Assembly: GCA_013203315.1 (NCBI GenBank)
Contig: JABMQJ010000012.1
Span: forward strand, 6,402 to 70,401
Reading direction: 5' to 3'
From: Candidatus Omnitrophota bacterium
GTDB taxonomy: Bacteria > Omnitrophota > Gorgyraeia > JABMRN01 > RBG-13-46-9
Length of the DNA stretch: 64,000 nucleotides
Below are positions 39,377-48,609 of the stretch, piece after piece. Every line of letters begins with the position of its first letter. The first letter of the stretch is position 1. Both the position numbers and the translations under genes were made by a program. Under the pieces are notes generated by a model. That model was not told the origin of the DNA, did not search any database, and was given only the letters and a program-made list of their open reading frames with translations.

Positions 39377-40686
39377 TGCCTAACAAGCTAAAAAGAACAG
39401 GGACCAGAAACAAACGTATCAGCGCACGGGATAAATTTCTTAAGGGTATCCACCAAAAAAACCGCCAAGTGCTTGAGAAGAGCCTGTTTGAGCTCACCGC
39501 TGCATATAATATAGGAAGAGAAGCCTCTTACGCAGCCGATTTACGGAATTGTCTCAAGATTCTTGTGGACGGCATTGCGGATTTGATGTCTGTTGAAATC
39601 GTATCGGTTATGCTAATGGATAGATATGAAGAGGGGCTTGTATTGGAATTCTCCAAGGGCCTGGGTAATGAAATAACCAAAGAAAAAGTGCGGTTGGGCC
39701 ACGGTATTGCGGGCTGGATTGCCCAGACCGGGGAAGCGTTACTAATTAAAGATATAAAAAAGGATGTAAGATTTTCGAGGCGCGGGGGCAAATATTATAC
39801 GGATTCACTCCTGAGCGTGCCGCTCAAAATAAACAAGAAAGTTATCGGCGTAATAAACGTAAATAATAAGGTAACGAGAGATATTTTTGAAGAAGAAGAC
39901 ATGGATGTACTGAGGAAGGTTGCGGGCCTTGCGGCAGCGGCCATTGAAAGCGCCAGGCTTCAGGAGGAGGCAGTGGCGCGCGACGAGACGCGGCTTGAAT
40001 TCATATCAAATATTTCGCACGAATTACGCACGCCACTTTCCTGTATAAACGAGGGCGTGTCCCTGGTTTTAGACGGAGTAACGGGCAAGATAAACAGTAA
40101 GCAAAAAGAGTTTCTGGCCTCGGTAAAGAATAACATTGAACGCCTGAAGCGCCTTGTCAGTGAACTGCTGGAGCTGGCCAAGGTAGAGTCGCGGATTACA
40201 CGAATGAGAAGGAGCCTTTTTGATGTGGTGCAATTGATAGAAGGGGTTGTTGCCTCAATGGGGCCCCTCGTAAAAGACAAAAAGATTTCGCTTAAAAAGA
40301 CGTTGCCCGATAAAAATATTCAGATCTGGGCAGATCCGGATAAACTGAGCCAGGTTCTTACCAATTTGATTGATAACGCCATGAAGTATAATAAACCCAA
40401 GGGCATCGTGGAGGTCAGTATGGATGAGTCAGCCAAGACTGTTAATATCAATATACGCGACACAGGCATTGGCATACCGGAAGAAGATATAAAAAAGATT
40501 TTTGACAGATTTTACCGCGTAGAGGCCTCGGCAAAAAGCAAAACCCGCGGCGCCGGGATAGGCTTGTCGATTATAAACGAAATCATAAAAAAGCACAGGG
40601 GAAACATTTCTGTCGATTCCGAGGTTGGCAAGGGAAGCAGATTTACCGTAACGCTGCCGAAGGACCTGAGGGCGGAAAATAGATAA
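39376..40686 (+). CDS. Cytoplasmic GAF-domain sensor histidine kinase
   Basis: 436 aa. GAF (residues ~60-200: RLGHGIAGWIAQTGEALLIKD), H-box SHELRTPLS, HATPase_c N/G boxes. Confidence 0.85.
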   Translation: MPNKLKRTGTRNKRISARDKFLKGIHQKNRQVLEKSLFELTAAYNIGREASYAADLRNCLKILVDGIADLMSVEIVSVMLMDRYEEGLVLEFSKGLGNEITKEKVRLGHGIAGWIAQTGEALLIKDIKKDVRFSRRGGKYYTDSLLSVPLKINKKVIGVINVNNKVTRDIFEEEDMDVLRKVAGLAAAAIESARLQEEAVARDETRLEFISNISHELRTPLSCINEGVSLVLDGVTGKINSKQKEFLASVKNNIERLKRLVSELLELAKVESRITRMRRSLFDVVQLIEGVVASMGPLVKDKKISLKKTLPDKNIQIWADPDKLSQVLTNLIDNAMKYNKPKGIVEVSMDESAKTVNINIRDTGIGIPEEDIKKIFDRFYRVEASAKSKTRGAGIGLSIINEIIKKHRGNISVDSEVGKGSRFTVTLPKDLRAENR

Positions 40687-41556
40687 GTGGAAAAGAAGAA
40701 AATATTAATTATCGAGGATGACGAAGACTTACTAGAAGTTCTGCAAGTGAGGCTCTCCAGCCAGGGATACGAAGTTCATACGAATATAGGTAAGAGGGAA
40801 GTTCTCCGGGAGATACGAAGCATATGGCCGGATCTTATTCTTCTTGATATAACATTGCCTGAAATAAGCGGCCTGGAAATAAAAGCGGAATTAAATAAAA
40901 ATACTCATACCGCCAGCATTCCTGTAATATTTTTAACCGGCAAAGACTCGGTTTCCGATAAGGTGAAAGGCCTTGGGCTCGGCGCGGACGATTATATAGC
41001 GAAGCCATTTGACTCAAAGGAGCTGATGTCTCGGATTGAGGCCGCGCTAAGACGGAGAGGTTTTTACGAAGAGATTTCCATGACTGACGGCCTTACGGGG
41101 GTGTATAATGTGAAATTTTTTCAAAAACAGATTACATTATTTTTTAATATAGCCAAAAGATATAAAAAGATATTTGCGCTTATAATCATTGATATCGATA
41201 ATCTGAAAGACATAAATGATACATACGGGCACCTGGCAGGCGATTTTATTTTGAAAGAATTTTCTTCATTAACTAAAAAGACATTGAGAAAATCTGATAT
41301 ACTTGCAAGATACGGAGGAGATGAGTTCGCCATTATTATGCCTGAGACTGACGAAGAGCATGCCGCTTACGCGATTGACAGGTTAAAGCAGAACATAAAC
41401 GGAAAGCCGTTTGTATTCGGGGATAAAAAACAGGAGTTAAGATTTAACATTAGCGTTGGTATGACGACCTACAGGGACACGCTAACAAGCGAGCTCGAAA
41501 TGTTCGGGGAAGCCGACAAAAAGCTCTATCGGGATAAGCATAAAGCGAGTAAATAA
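40687..41556 (+). CDS. Response regulator-diguanylate cyclase (REC-GGDEF, PleD/WspR-like). Intact GGDEF and RxxD I-site.
   Basis: GTG start. Receiver [13 protein letters not shown]...[11 protein letters not shown]. GGDEF domain with [13 protein letters not shown] and I-site RKSD. 289 aa. Confidence 0.9.
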   Translation: [289 protein letters not shown]

Positions 41557-43101
41557 ATGACGAAACAAAGGGAAACCTGGAACTCGCACTGGGGCATGAT
41601 AGCGGCAATGATAGGCACGGCTATCGGGCTCGGAAATATCTGGCGATTTCCGTATCTTTGTGGAAAATACGGCGGGGCAACATTCTTAATTCCTTATATT
41701 ATTTTATTATTCGGCGTTGCGATCTTTGCCATGATGTGCGAATGGGTGCTCGGCCGCCACACAAAAAGGGAACCGCTCGGCGCGTTTGACAAAATAAAGT
41801 TTCCTTTCGGACGTGATATAGGTGCCTGGGGGATCGTAGGACCGTTTTTCCTTTACTCCTATTATATAGTTATCACAAGCTGGGTTTTATTTTTTGTCTT
41901 TGCCTCGTTTGAAGGGCTATATTTCGGAAAAAATACGGAGACTTTTTTCGCCTCGTTTTTAGGAAGCAAATGGATATTTCTGGCGCATTTTGCTGCAGTG
42001 TGCATTACAAGCGGCATCCTGGCGATGGGCGTACAGAAAGGTATCGAACGAGCCTGCAAGATAATGATACCTACATTGTTCGTGCTCCTTATTGTTGTTG
42101 TGATTAGATCTGTTACGCTTCCCGGGGCAAATGAAGGCATAGAATTTTACATGCGTCCGCGCTGGGGAGGCCTATTAAACATAGAGACATGGGTTGCCGC
42201 TCTCGGGCAGGTATTTTTTACTTTGAGTCTTGGCATGGGGGCGATGCTTCTTTACGGCTCTTACATGAAGGATGAGTGGGGAATACCCATGAACGCGATT
42301 AGCGTGACGCTCGGCAATACCTCGGCCAGTATTTTAGCCGGTTTTGCGATTTTTCCTGCTGCCTTTGCGCTAGGATTTGGTGCAGTAATAGGTGGTGCAA
42401 AATCTATCGGCCTTACATTTTTTGTTTTACCAAAGGTTTTTGAAGTCATGCCGGGCGGGCACTTTTTCGGTGGAATATTTTTTATCCTTCTTGCGTTTGG
42501 TGCCATATCGAGTGCGATAAGCATTCAGGAGCCGGCCATTGCATGGCTAAAAGCCGAGGTAGGTTGGTCGAGAAAAGAAGCGGCTCTCTTTACCGGGATT
42601 ATACTTTGGATTATGGGGCTACCTTTTCTGCTCAACGGCTTTGTTAAAGGCGGGCTTGGCGCGAAACTGGCGCTTCTTTCAAAAATGGACATAATTATTG
42701 GGCAGCTCGCAATCCCCATATTCGGGATTTTAGCGATCATTGCCGTCGGATATTTCATGGGGGACCGCGGTTTCGACGAGATGAACAAAAACGCGCGGGT
42801 TAAGCTGAGTCACACGTGGATTAAATTCTGGATAAAGGCAATCGTGCCGATATTTGTGGCCATACTTTTTATTTTAACACTTTTGAAGATATTACAGGAA
42901 AACGGCGTTATCCCTGCAATTATCCTGCCTGCAAAAGAAATAGGGTTTACCCCTATCGGCATAACGCCGATGACCGTATTCATGATAATATTCGTATGCG
43001 TTGTTTTCTGGGGAGGATTTATTTATACTACAGCGAAGGTATTGACGATAGAAAAAGATAAAAAAGCGAGGGTGAAACGTGGACTTGCGCATTCTCGCTA
43101 G
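41557..43101 (+). CDS. Sodium-dependent transporter, SNF (neurotransmitter:sodium symporter) family
   Basis: 514 aa. N-terminal WNSHWGMIAAMIGTAIGLGNIWRFPYLCGKYGGATF signature. 11-12 TM. Confidence 0.85.
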   Translation: MTKQRETWNSHWGMIAAMIGTAIGLGNIWRFPYLCGKYGGATFLIPYIILLFGVAIFAMMCEWVLGRHTKREPLGAFDKIKFPFGRDIGAWGIVGPFFLYSYYIVITSWVLFFVFASFEGLYFGKNTETFFASFLGSKWIFLAHFAAVCITSGILAMGVQKGIERACKIMIPTLFVLLIVVVIRSVTLPGANEGIEFYMRPRWGGLLNIETWVAALGQVFFTLSLGMGAMLLYGSYMKDEWGIPMNAISVTLGNTSASILAGFAIFPAAFALGFGAVIGGAKSIGLTFFVLPKVFEVMPGGHFFGGIFFILLAFGAISSAISIQEPAIAWLKAEVGWSRKEAALFTGIILWIMGLPFLLNGFVKGGLGAKLALLSKMDIIIGQLAIPIFGILAIIAVGYFMGDRGFDEMNKNARVKLSHTWIKFWIKAIVPIFVAILFILTLLKILQENGVIPAIILPAKEIGFTPIGITPMTVFMIIFVCVVFWGGFIYTTAKVLTIEKDKKARVKRGLAHSR

Positions 43102-43220
43102 TGCTAAGTTTGGCTGGATTTTTGTTATAACCGAAATTGTGCTTCTTTATTTATTATTTCTGTATATACACCGGGTAGTAGAGAAGAAGCTCGGCAAGAA
43201 ATAAGCCCGAAACTGTTGGA

Positions 43221-43264
43221 CCGTTTCCATATCGCAATGTCTATATGGAAACGGTATATTTTTG
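43221..43264 (+). terminator. Candidate intrinsic terminator or operator: perfect 12-bp inverted repeat followed by a T-rich run
   Basis: ccgtttccatat-cgcaatgtct-atatggaaacgg then tatattttt. Downstream of the SNF transporter gene, upstream of the rplM promoter. Confidence 0.4.
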
Positions 43265-43277
43265 TCCATTTTTTCCC

Positions 43278-43306
43278 TTGACAACACGACGGCAATATGG
43301 TATATT
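43278..43306 (+). promoter_or_regulatory. Sigma70-type promoter TTGACA-17-TATATT upstream of rplM-rpsI
   Basis: ttgaca at 43278-43283, 17-nt spacer, tatatt at 43301-43306. GAGG SD before the ATG at 43328. Confidence 0.55.
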
Positions 43307-43327
43307 CTCGCTTCTATTGAGGTTAGC

Positions 43328-43756
43328 ATGAAAACTACATGTATAAGAAAAGAAGACGTAAAAAGGACATGGTTCATTGTCGATGCCAAGGATAAGGTTT
43401 TGGGCAGGCTTTCGACAAAAATCGCGTCCCTTTTAAAGGGAAAACACAAGGTTACCTATTCACCCCACGTAGACATGGGGGACGGGGTAGTTGTCATAAA
43501 TTCTGAAAAGATAAAGATTACCGGCAAAAAGCCGCAGGAAAAACTCTACAAAAATTTTTCAGGATACCCGGGCGGTTTGAGGCTTGAGAAGCTTGAAAGC
43601 CTTATCAAGAGAAGGCCGCATGAGGTATTGAGGCACGCGGTAAACGGTATGTTGCCGAAGAATAAAATCGGCAAAAAAATGATAAAAAGATTAAAGGTGT
43701 GCGTAGGCGATAAGCACCCGCACATGGCGCAGAAACCGAAGGAAATCGAGTTATAA
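43328..43756 (+). CDS. rplM: 50S ribosomal protein L13
   Basis: [28 protein letters not shown]... classic uL13 N-terminus. Start at ATG 43328, not the ORF-track start 43262. Confidence 0.9.
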   Translation: MKTTCIRKEDVKRTWFIVDAKDKVLGRLSTKIASLLKGKHKVTYSPHVDMGDGVVVINSEKIKITGKKPQEKLYKNFSGYPGGLRLEKLESLIKRRPHEVLRHAVNGMLPKNKIGKKMIKRLKVCVGDKHPHMAQKPKEIEL

Positions 43757-43757
43757 A

Positions 43758-44183
43758 ATGGTAAAGCAAAAAGAAAAAGAAGTTAAAGAGACGAAGCCGA
43801 AGTATATAATGACGATCGGTCGGCGGAAAGAATCCACGGCGCGCATTTATTTACGCGAGGGTCAAGGTAAGATCAAGGTAAATAAACGCACGTTCGAAGA
43901 TTATTTTCCACGGGAATCACACAGGCTAATCATTAATCAGCCGATTAAGATCGGAGACCTTGAAAATAAGCTGGATATTATTGCGACGGTACGGGGCGGC
44001 GGCGTAAGCGGCCAAGCCGGAGCCGTTAGACACGGAATCGCAAGGGCTATCGTAAAGCTCGACGAGACAAAGAAGTCCGTAGTAAAAAAAGCAGGCTTTT
44101 TAACAAGGGATCCGAGAGCAAAAGAAAGAAAAAAATACGGAAGAAAACGCGCAAGAAAGAGATTCCAGTACTCGAAGCGCTAA
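43758..44183 (+). CDS. rpsI: 30S ribosomal protein S9
   Basis: 141 aa. C-terminal ...[17 protein letters not shown] typical uS9 tail. Confidence 0.92.
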   Translation: MVKQKEKEVKETKPKYIMTIGRRKESTARIYLREGQGKIKVNKRTFEDYFPRESHRLIINQPIKIGDLENKLDIIATVRGGGVSGQAGAVRHGIARAIVKLDETKKSVVKKAGFLTRDPRAKERKKYGRKRARKRFQYSKR

Positions 44184-44205
44184 TTTTATACGAAGCTGTA
44201 TAAAA

Positions 44206-44261
44206 CCTATCCTGTCAGATTCTCGACGAGAAAAATGTTGACAGGGTAGGTTTTTTGTTTT
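44206..44261 (+). terminator. Rho-independent terminator after rpsI (13-bp stem with 2 G.U, 21-nt loop, U-tract)
   Basis: cctatcctgtcag ... ttgacagggtagg then ttttttgtttt. Confidence 0.6.
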
Positions 44262-44266
44262 ATACT
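44238..44266 (+). promoter_or_regulatory. Sigma70-type promoter TTGACA-17-TATACT for argC, overlapping the rpsI terminator's descending arm
   Basis: ttgaca at 44238-44243, 17-nt spacer (gggtaggttttttgttt), tatact at 44261-44266. A ~60-nt AT-rich leader with ATATGTA repeats follows. Confidence 0.5.
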
Positions 44267-44328
44267 GACGAGATATGTAGTATTATGATTATATGATATG
44301 TACTGTGGAATAGTTGAAAGGGTCCAAA

Positions 44329-45348
44329 ATGCTAAAAGTAGGTGTAATAGGGGCAACAGGATATACGGGCGAAGAGGTTGTAAGGATTCTCGCAGGGCAC
44401 AAGGATGTCAGGATAACCGTCTTGCAGGCCGTTATTGAAAAAGAAGAGCCGATATCTTCAATATTTCCTTCGCTAAAGGGAAAAGTTGACCTTGTGTGCG
44501 AGAAACCTAACACCGAAATTGCAATAAAAGAAGCGGACTTGATATTCTTGGCGCTTCCGCACACTGTTTCCATGAAACTGGCACCGAAATTTCTCAATGC
44601 AGGAAAAAGAGTTATAGATTTAAGCGCTGATTATAGACTGGATGTAAAAGAGTACGAAAAGTGGTACGGCACTAAGCACACAGACCCGGCGAATATCGAA
44701 AAAGCTGTATACGGCATGCCGGAGCTTTTTAGAGACAAGGTAAAAAAAGCAAATTTCATAGCAAATCCCGGCTGTTATCCGACATCTGTGATATTAAGCG
44801 TTGCGCCGCTTCTGGAAAAAGGCTTAATTCATTCGGATCATATAATATGCGATTCAAAAAGCGGAATTACAGGTGCTGGGAGGTCGCCCGGATGGAATTT
44901 GGAGAATCCAAACATAAAGGGTAATTTTAAGGCTTATAAGGCGCTCAAACACCAGCATTCGCCGGAGATGGAACATATACTTAGCAAGGTTTCCAAAAAG
45001 AAAGTAGGGGTTGCATTTGTTCCGCATCTATTGCCTCTGGAAAGAGGCATTCTTTCAACGATATATATGAAAACCAGAGAAAAATTAACATATGAAAAGA
45101 TTGCGAAGGTTTACGAAGAGAAATATAAGGATTGCCCTTTTGTAAGAATAAAGGAAAAAGGAGAATTTCCCCAGTTAAAAGAAGTAGCCTTCACTAACTT
45201 CTTTGATGTGGGATTCGCCGTAGATACTGCCGGAAAACTGATAGTGGCAGTCGCCGCTATCGATAACCTCCTTAAGGGGGCTGCCGGCCAGGCCGTGCAG
45301 AACATGAACGTGATGTACGGTTTTGACGAAGGAGAAGGGCTATTGTGA
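44329..45348 (+). CDS. argC: N-acetyl-gamma-glutamyl-phosphate reductase
   Basis: MLKVGVIGATGYTGEE N-terminus, catalytic ANPGCYPT. ATG 44329 chosen over upstream TTG 44314. Confidence 0.9.
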   Translation: MLKVGVIGATGYTGEEVVRILAGHKDVRITVLQAVIEKEEPISSIFPSLKGKVDLVCEKPNTEIAIKEADLIFLALPHTVSMKLAPKFLNAGKRVIDLSADYRLDVKEYEKWYGTKHTDPANIEKAVYGMPELFRDKVKKANFIANPGCYPTSVILSVAPLLEKGLIHSDHIICDSKSGITGAGRSPGWNLENPNIKGNFKAYKALKHQHSPEMEHILSKVSKKKVGVAFVPHLLPLERGILSTIYMKTREKLTYEKIAKVYEEKYKDCPFVRIKEKGEFPQLKEVAFTNFFDVGFAVDTAGKLIVAVAAIDNLLKGAAGQAVQNMNVMYGFDEGEGLL

Positions 45349-46535
45349 AGTATATATTGCCAAAAGGGTTTCAGGCAAGCGGGACGCATTGCGGCATAAA
45401 AAGGTTTAAAAAAGACCTTGCCCTAATATATTCAAAGACAGGATGCAAGGCGGTGGGTGTTTTTACGAAAAATAAGGTTAAGGCAGCCCCGCTTGTTGTT
45501 TCAAAGTCTATTCTTAAAAGGGGCGCTCCGATCAGGGCTATCGTTATAAATAGCGGAAATGCCAATTGTTGCACGGGTTGGTATGGCACAAGGGATGCAA
45601 ATAGGATGATCGGCGCTGTATGCAAAAATATGCAATTAAAGTTTAATAACGTGCTTGTGTCTTCTACGGGAATTATAGGAAAGAGGCTGCCGATAGATTT
45701 GATAGAGGCAAGTACTCCGAAGCTCGTAAAACTTCTTTCGGAAAAAGGCCTCTTGGGCGTTGCCAAGGCCATATTGACCACGGATAAGAAGACAAAAATC
45801 AGCGTTGAAAAGTTTAATGTCGGAAAGAAAGAAGTGATCGTAACCGGCATAGCAAAGGGCGCCGGCATGATAGAGCCAAACATGGGGACCATGCTTTCGT
45901 TTATAATGACCGACGCCAAGATAGATAAGGATGCCCTGAAGTTCGCCTTAAGGGAGGCGTGCGACAAATCCTTCAACTCGATAACGATTGACGGAGATAT
46001 GAGCACAAATGATACAGTGCTTCTTCTGGCTAATGGTTTGGCGAACAATAAAACAATCAAAAGAGGCACTAAAGAATACAAAGCGTTTCTTAAAGTCTTG
46101 AAAAATGTGGCATTCAAATTAGCCAAGAATATTATTGAAGACGGTGAAGGCGCTACAAAATTTGTAACAGTTTATGTTGAAAATGCCAGAACCACAACCG
46201 ATGCCTACAAGGTCGCAAAGGCCATAGCGAATTCGTGCCTTGTAAAAACAAGCATTCATGGCGAAAACCCGAACTGGGGGAGGGTCGCCTCCAGCGTGGG
46301 CGCAAGCGGTGTCGGCGGAATAAAACCGAATAGATTCGAAATCTACTTAGATGGTGTTCTTGTTTTTAAAGGCGGCAAGTTTACGATGCCGTCTAGTAAG
46401 AGATTCTATAAGATTTACAAGAGAAAAAACGTAGAAATAACGGTAAATCTTAATCTTGGTAAAAAAGATGCCGTGATGTGGACCTGCGATTTGTCGAAAC
46501 GTTATGTGGAGATAAACTCGCATTACATGACTTAG
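45345..46535 (+). CDS. argJ: Bifunctional glutamate N-acetyltransferase / amino-acid acetyltransferase (ornithine acetyltransferase)
   Basis: 396 aa. Autoprocessing-site region GMIEPNMGTMLSFIMTDA (ATML motif). 4-nt overlap with argC. Confidence 0.9.
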   Translation: MKYILPKGFQASGTHCGIKRFKKDLALIYSKTGCKAVGVFTKNKVKAAPLVVSKSILKRGAPIRAIVINSGNANCCTGWYGTRDANRMIGAVCKNMQLKFNNVLVSSTGIIGKRLPIDLIEASTPKLVKLLSEKGLLGVAKAILTTDKKTKISVEKFNVGKKEVIVTGIAKGAGMIEPNMGTMLSFIMTDAKIDKDALKFALREACDKSFNSITIDGDMSTNDTVLLLANGLANNKTIKRGTKEYKAFLKVLKNVAFKLAKNIIEDGEGATKFVTVYVENARTTTDAYKVAKAIANSCLVKTSIHGENPNWGRVASSVGASGVGGIKPNRFEIYLDGVLVFKGGKFTMPSSKRFYKIYKRKNVEITVNLNLGKKDAVMWTCDLSKRYVEINSHYMT

Positions 46536-46542
46536 GAGAAAA

Positions 46543-47430
46543 ATGGAAGAAGCGATAAAAAAGAGTGAAGTCCTGATAGAGGCATTGCCTTACATCAAGA
46601 AGTTTTTTCATAAAATTTTTGTCATAAAATTCGGCGGTTCAGCACTCTCGGACGCTGCCCTGCGAAAAAGCGTCCTCGAGGACATAGTGTTCATGCATTA
46701 CGCCGGAATGAGGCCGGTTCTCGTTCACGGTGGCGGGCCGCACATAAGCGAGAAGATGAGAGAGGCCAAAAAAAGACCAAAATTCGTTGACGGATTCAGG
46801 GTTACAGATAAAAAGACAATGGAGATCGTCGATGATGCCCTTAACGACCTTAACGCCATGCTCGTAGAGGAGATCAAAAAAATGGGTGCCGAGGCGTTTG
46901 GTTTGAGCGGCAAGGAAAATAAGCTTATTCAGGCAAAAAAGATGGAGCACAAGGAAGACATTGGTTTCGCCGGGGCGGTAGAATCCGTTGATACAACTGT
47001 TCTTGAAAAACTGATGGAGGCTAATATTATCCCGGTTATTTCCCCTGTTGGTATTGGCCGAGATACTGAGCTTTATAACGTCAATGCGGATGAAGTCGCA
47101 AGTAACATAGCCATGGCCTTCAAGGCGGAAAAACTTTTTATCCTTACAAACGTAAGGGGAATCATGAGGGAAATAGGGAACCCCGACACTCTCTATAGGT
47201 CGTTATCGCTGGCGGACGTGGACATTCTGGGTGAGAAAAAAATTATTTCCCAGGGTATGATCCCGAAGACAAGGGCCTGTACGAAGGCCTTGGAGGGCAA
47301 GGTAAAGAAGGCGCACATAATTGACAGTAACATACCACACGCATTACTTTTGGAAATTTTTACAGATAAAGGAATCGGAACGGAAATTATAAAATTAGGC
47401 AGAAGAACGAAAGCGACTGAGGGGATATGA
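46543..47430 (+). CDS. argB: Acetylglutamate kinase
   Basis: 295 aa. IKFGGSAL, VHGGGP, amino-acid kinase family. Confidence 0.9.
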   Translation: MEEAIKKSEVLIEALPYIKKFFHKIFVIKFGGSALSDAALRKSVLEDIVFMHYAGMRPVLVHGGGPHISEKMREAKKRPKFVDGFRVTDKKTMEIVDDALNDLNAMLVEEIKKMGAEAFGLSGKENKLIQAKKMEHKEDIGFAGAVESVDTTVLEKLMEANIIPVISPVGIGRDTELYNVNADEVASNIAMAFKAEKLFILTNVRGIMREIGNPDTLYRSLSLADVDILGEKKIISQGMIPKTRACTKALEGKVKKAHIIDSNIPHALLLEIFTDKGIGTEIIKLGRRTKATEGI

Positions 47431-48605
47431 ACACGCAAGGCGTAGAAAATTTATACGATAAATACGTGATGAAGACCTACACGAGGGTGCCGCTTGTTTT
47501 CGCGAAAGCAAAGGGCGCGCTTGTGGAGGACATAGAAGGGAAGAAATACCTCGACTTTTTCCCGGGTTGGGCAGTAAGCGGGATAGGTCATTGTCACCCG
47601 AGAGTTGCAAGCGCGGTCGCCAAGCAGGTAAAAAAACTCGTGCACGTTTCGAACAATTATTATAGCGAGCTCCAGGGCAGGCTTGCGAAAAAAATTATCG
47701 AACATTCTTTCCCGGGAAAAGTGTTTTTTGGTAACTCCGGGGCCGAGGCGAACGAAGGCGCAGTTAAGCTCGCCAGAAAATACGGCCATGAAAAGGGGAG
47801 ATTTGAAGTCATAACCATGAATAAGTCGTTTCACGGAAGAACCCTCGCCATGATAGCGGCAACGGGCCAGGATAAGGTGAAGCACGGCTTTGAACCCATG
47901 CCTCAAGGGTTTGTTCACGTTCCATTCGGTGACATAGAGGCTTTGGAAAAGGCCATAAATGAGAAAACAGCCGCGGTAATGCTTGAGTTAATTCAATGCG
48001 AAGGCGGTATCAATGTCGCAAGAAAAGAGTATGTAGAAAAAATAAGAGAAATTTGCGACAAAAATGACATAGTTCTTATTGTTGACGAAGTGCAGACAGG
48101 CATGGGTAGAACCGGAAAGATGTTTTGCTACCAGAACTATGGTATTGAGCCTGACGTCATGACGCTGGCCAAGGCGCTCGGCGGCGGCCTTCCGATAGGC
48201 GTCATAGTAGCCAATGCCAAGTTTAAGGACGTTTTGTTGCCCGGCAATCACGCCTCGACTTTCGGCGGGAGCCCGATTGTGTGCGCGGCAGCTTTAGGAG
48301 TTTTTGAAGCCATAGAAAAGGATAGATTACTGCAGAATGCCGTGAAGCAGGGAAAGTATTTAGCCAAAAAGCTTGAGCTTCTCAAAAAGAAAAACAAGCT
48401 CATCAAAGAAATAAAAGGCATGGCCCTTACAATCGGCGTTGTGTTGGGCGTGGACGGCGAAGGGGTATATAGGAAAGCCTTGGAAAACGGCTTACTGATA
48501 AACTGCACGCAAAAAAATATTTTAAGAATCATGCCGCCGCTTACGGTTACGAAAGCGCAGATTGACAAAGCAGTAGGCATATTGGAAAAGATTCTGGAAG
48601 GATAA
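47427..48605 (+). CDS. argD: Acetylornithine aminotransferase (class III PLP aminotransferase)
   Basis: 392 aa. GNSGAEANEGA, DEVQTGMGRTG, PLP-Lys region TLAKALGGG. Position between argB and argF. Confidence 0.85.
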   Translation: MNTQGVENLYDKYVMKTYTRVPLVFAKAKGALVEDIEGKKYLDFFPGWAVSGIGHCHPRVASAVAKQVKKLVHVSNNYYSELQGRLAKKIIEHSFPGKVFFGNSGAEANEGAVKLARKYGHEKGRFEVITMNKSFHGRTLAMIAATGQDKVKHGFEPMPQGFVHVPFGDIEALEKAINEKTAAVMLELIQCEGGINVARKEYVEKIREICDKNDIVLIVDEVQTGMGRTGKMFCYQNYGIEPDVMTLAKALGGGLPIGVIVANAKFKDVLLPGNHASTFGGSPIVCAAALGVFEAIEKDRLLQNAVKQGKYLAKKLELLKKKNKLIKEIKGMALTIGVVLGVDGEGVYRKALENGLLINCTQKNILRIMPPLTVTKAQIDKAVGILEKILEG

Positions 48606-48609
48606 GAAA

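Noticed and set aside
45371-46126. 251-aa ORF on the - strand opposite argJ
   Set aside because: Antisense to a well-supported argJ. Hydrophobic low-complexity translation typical of shadow ORFs.
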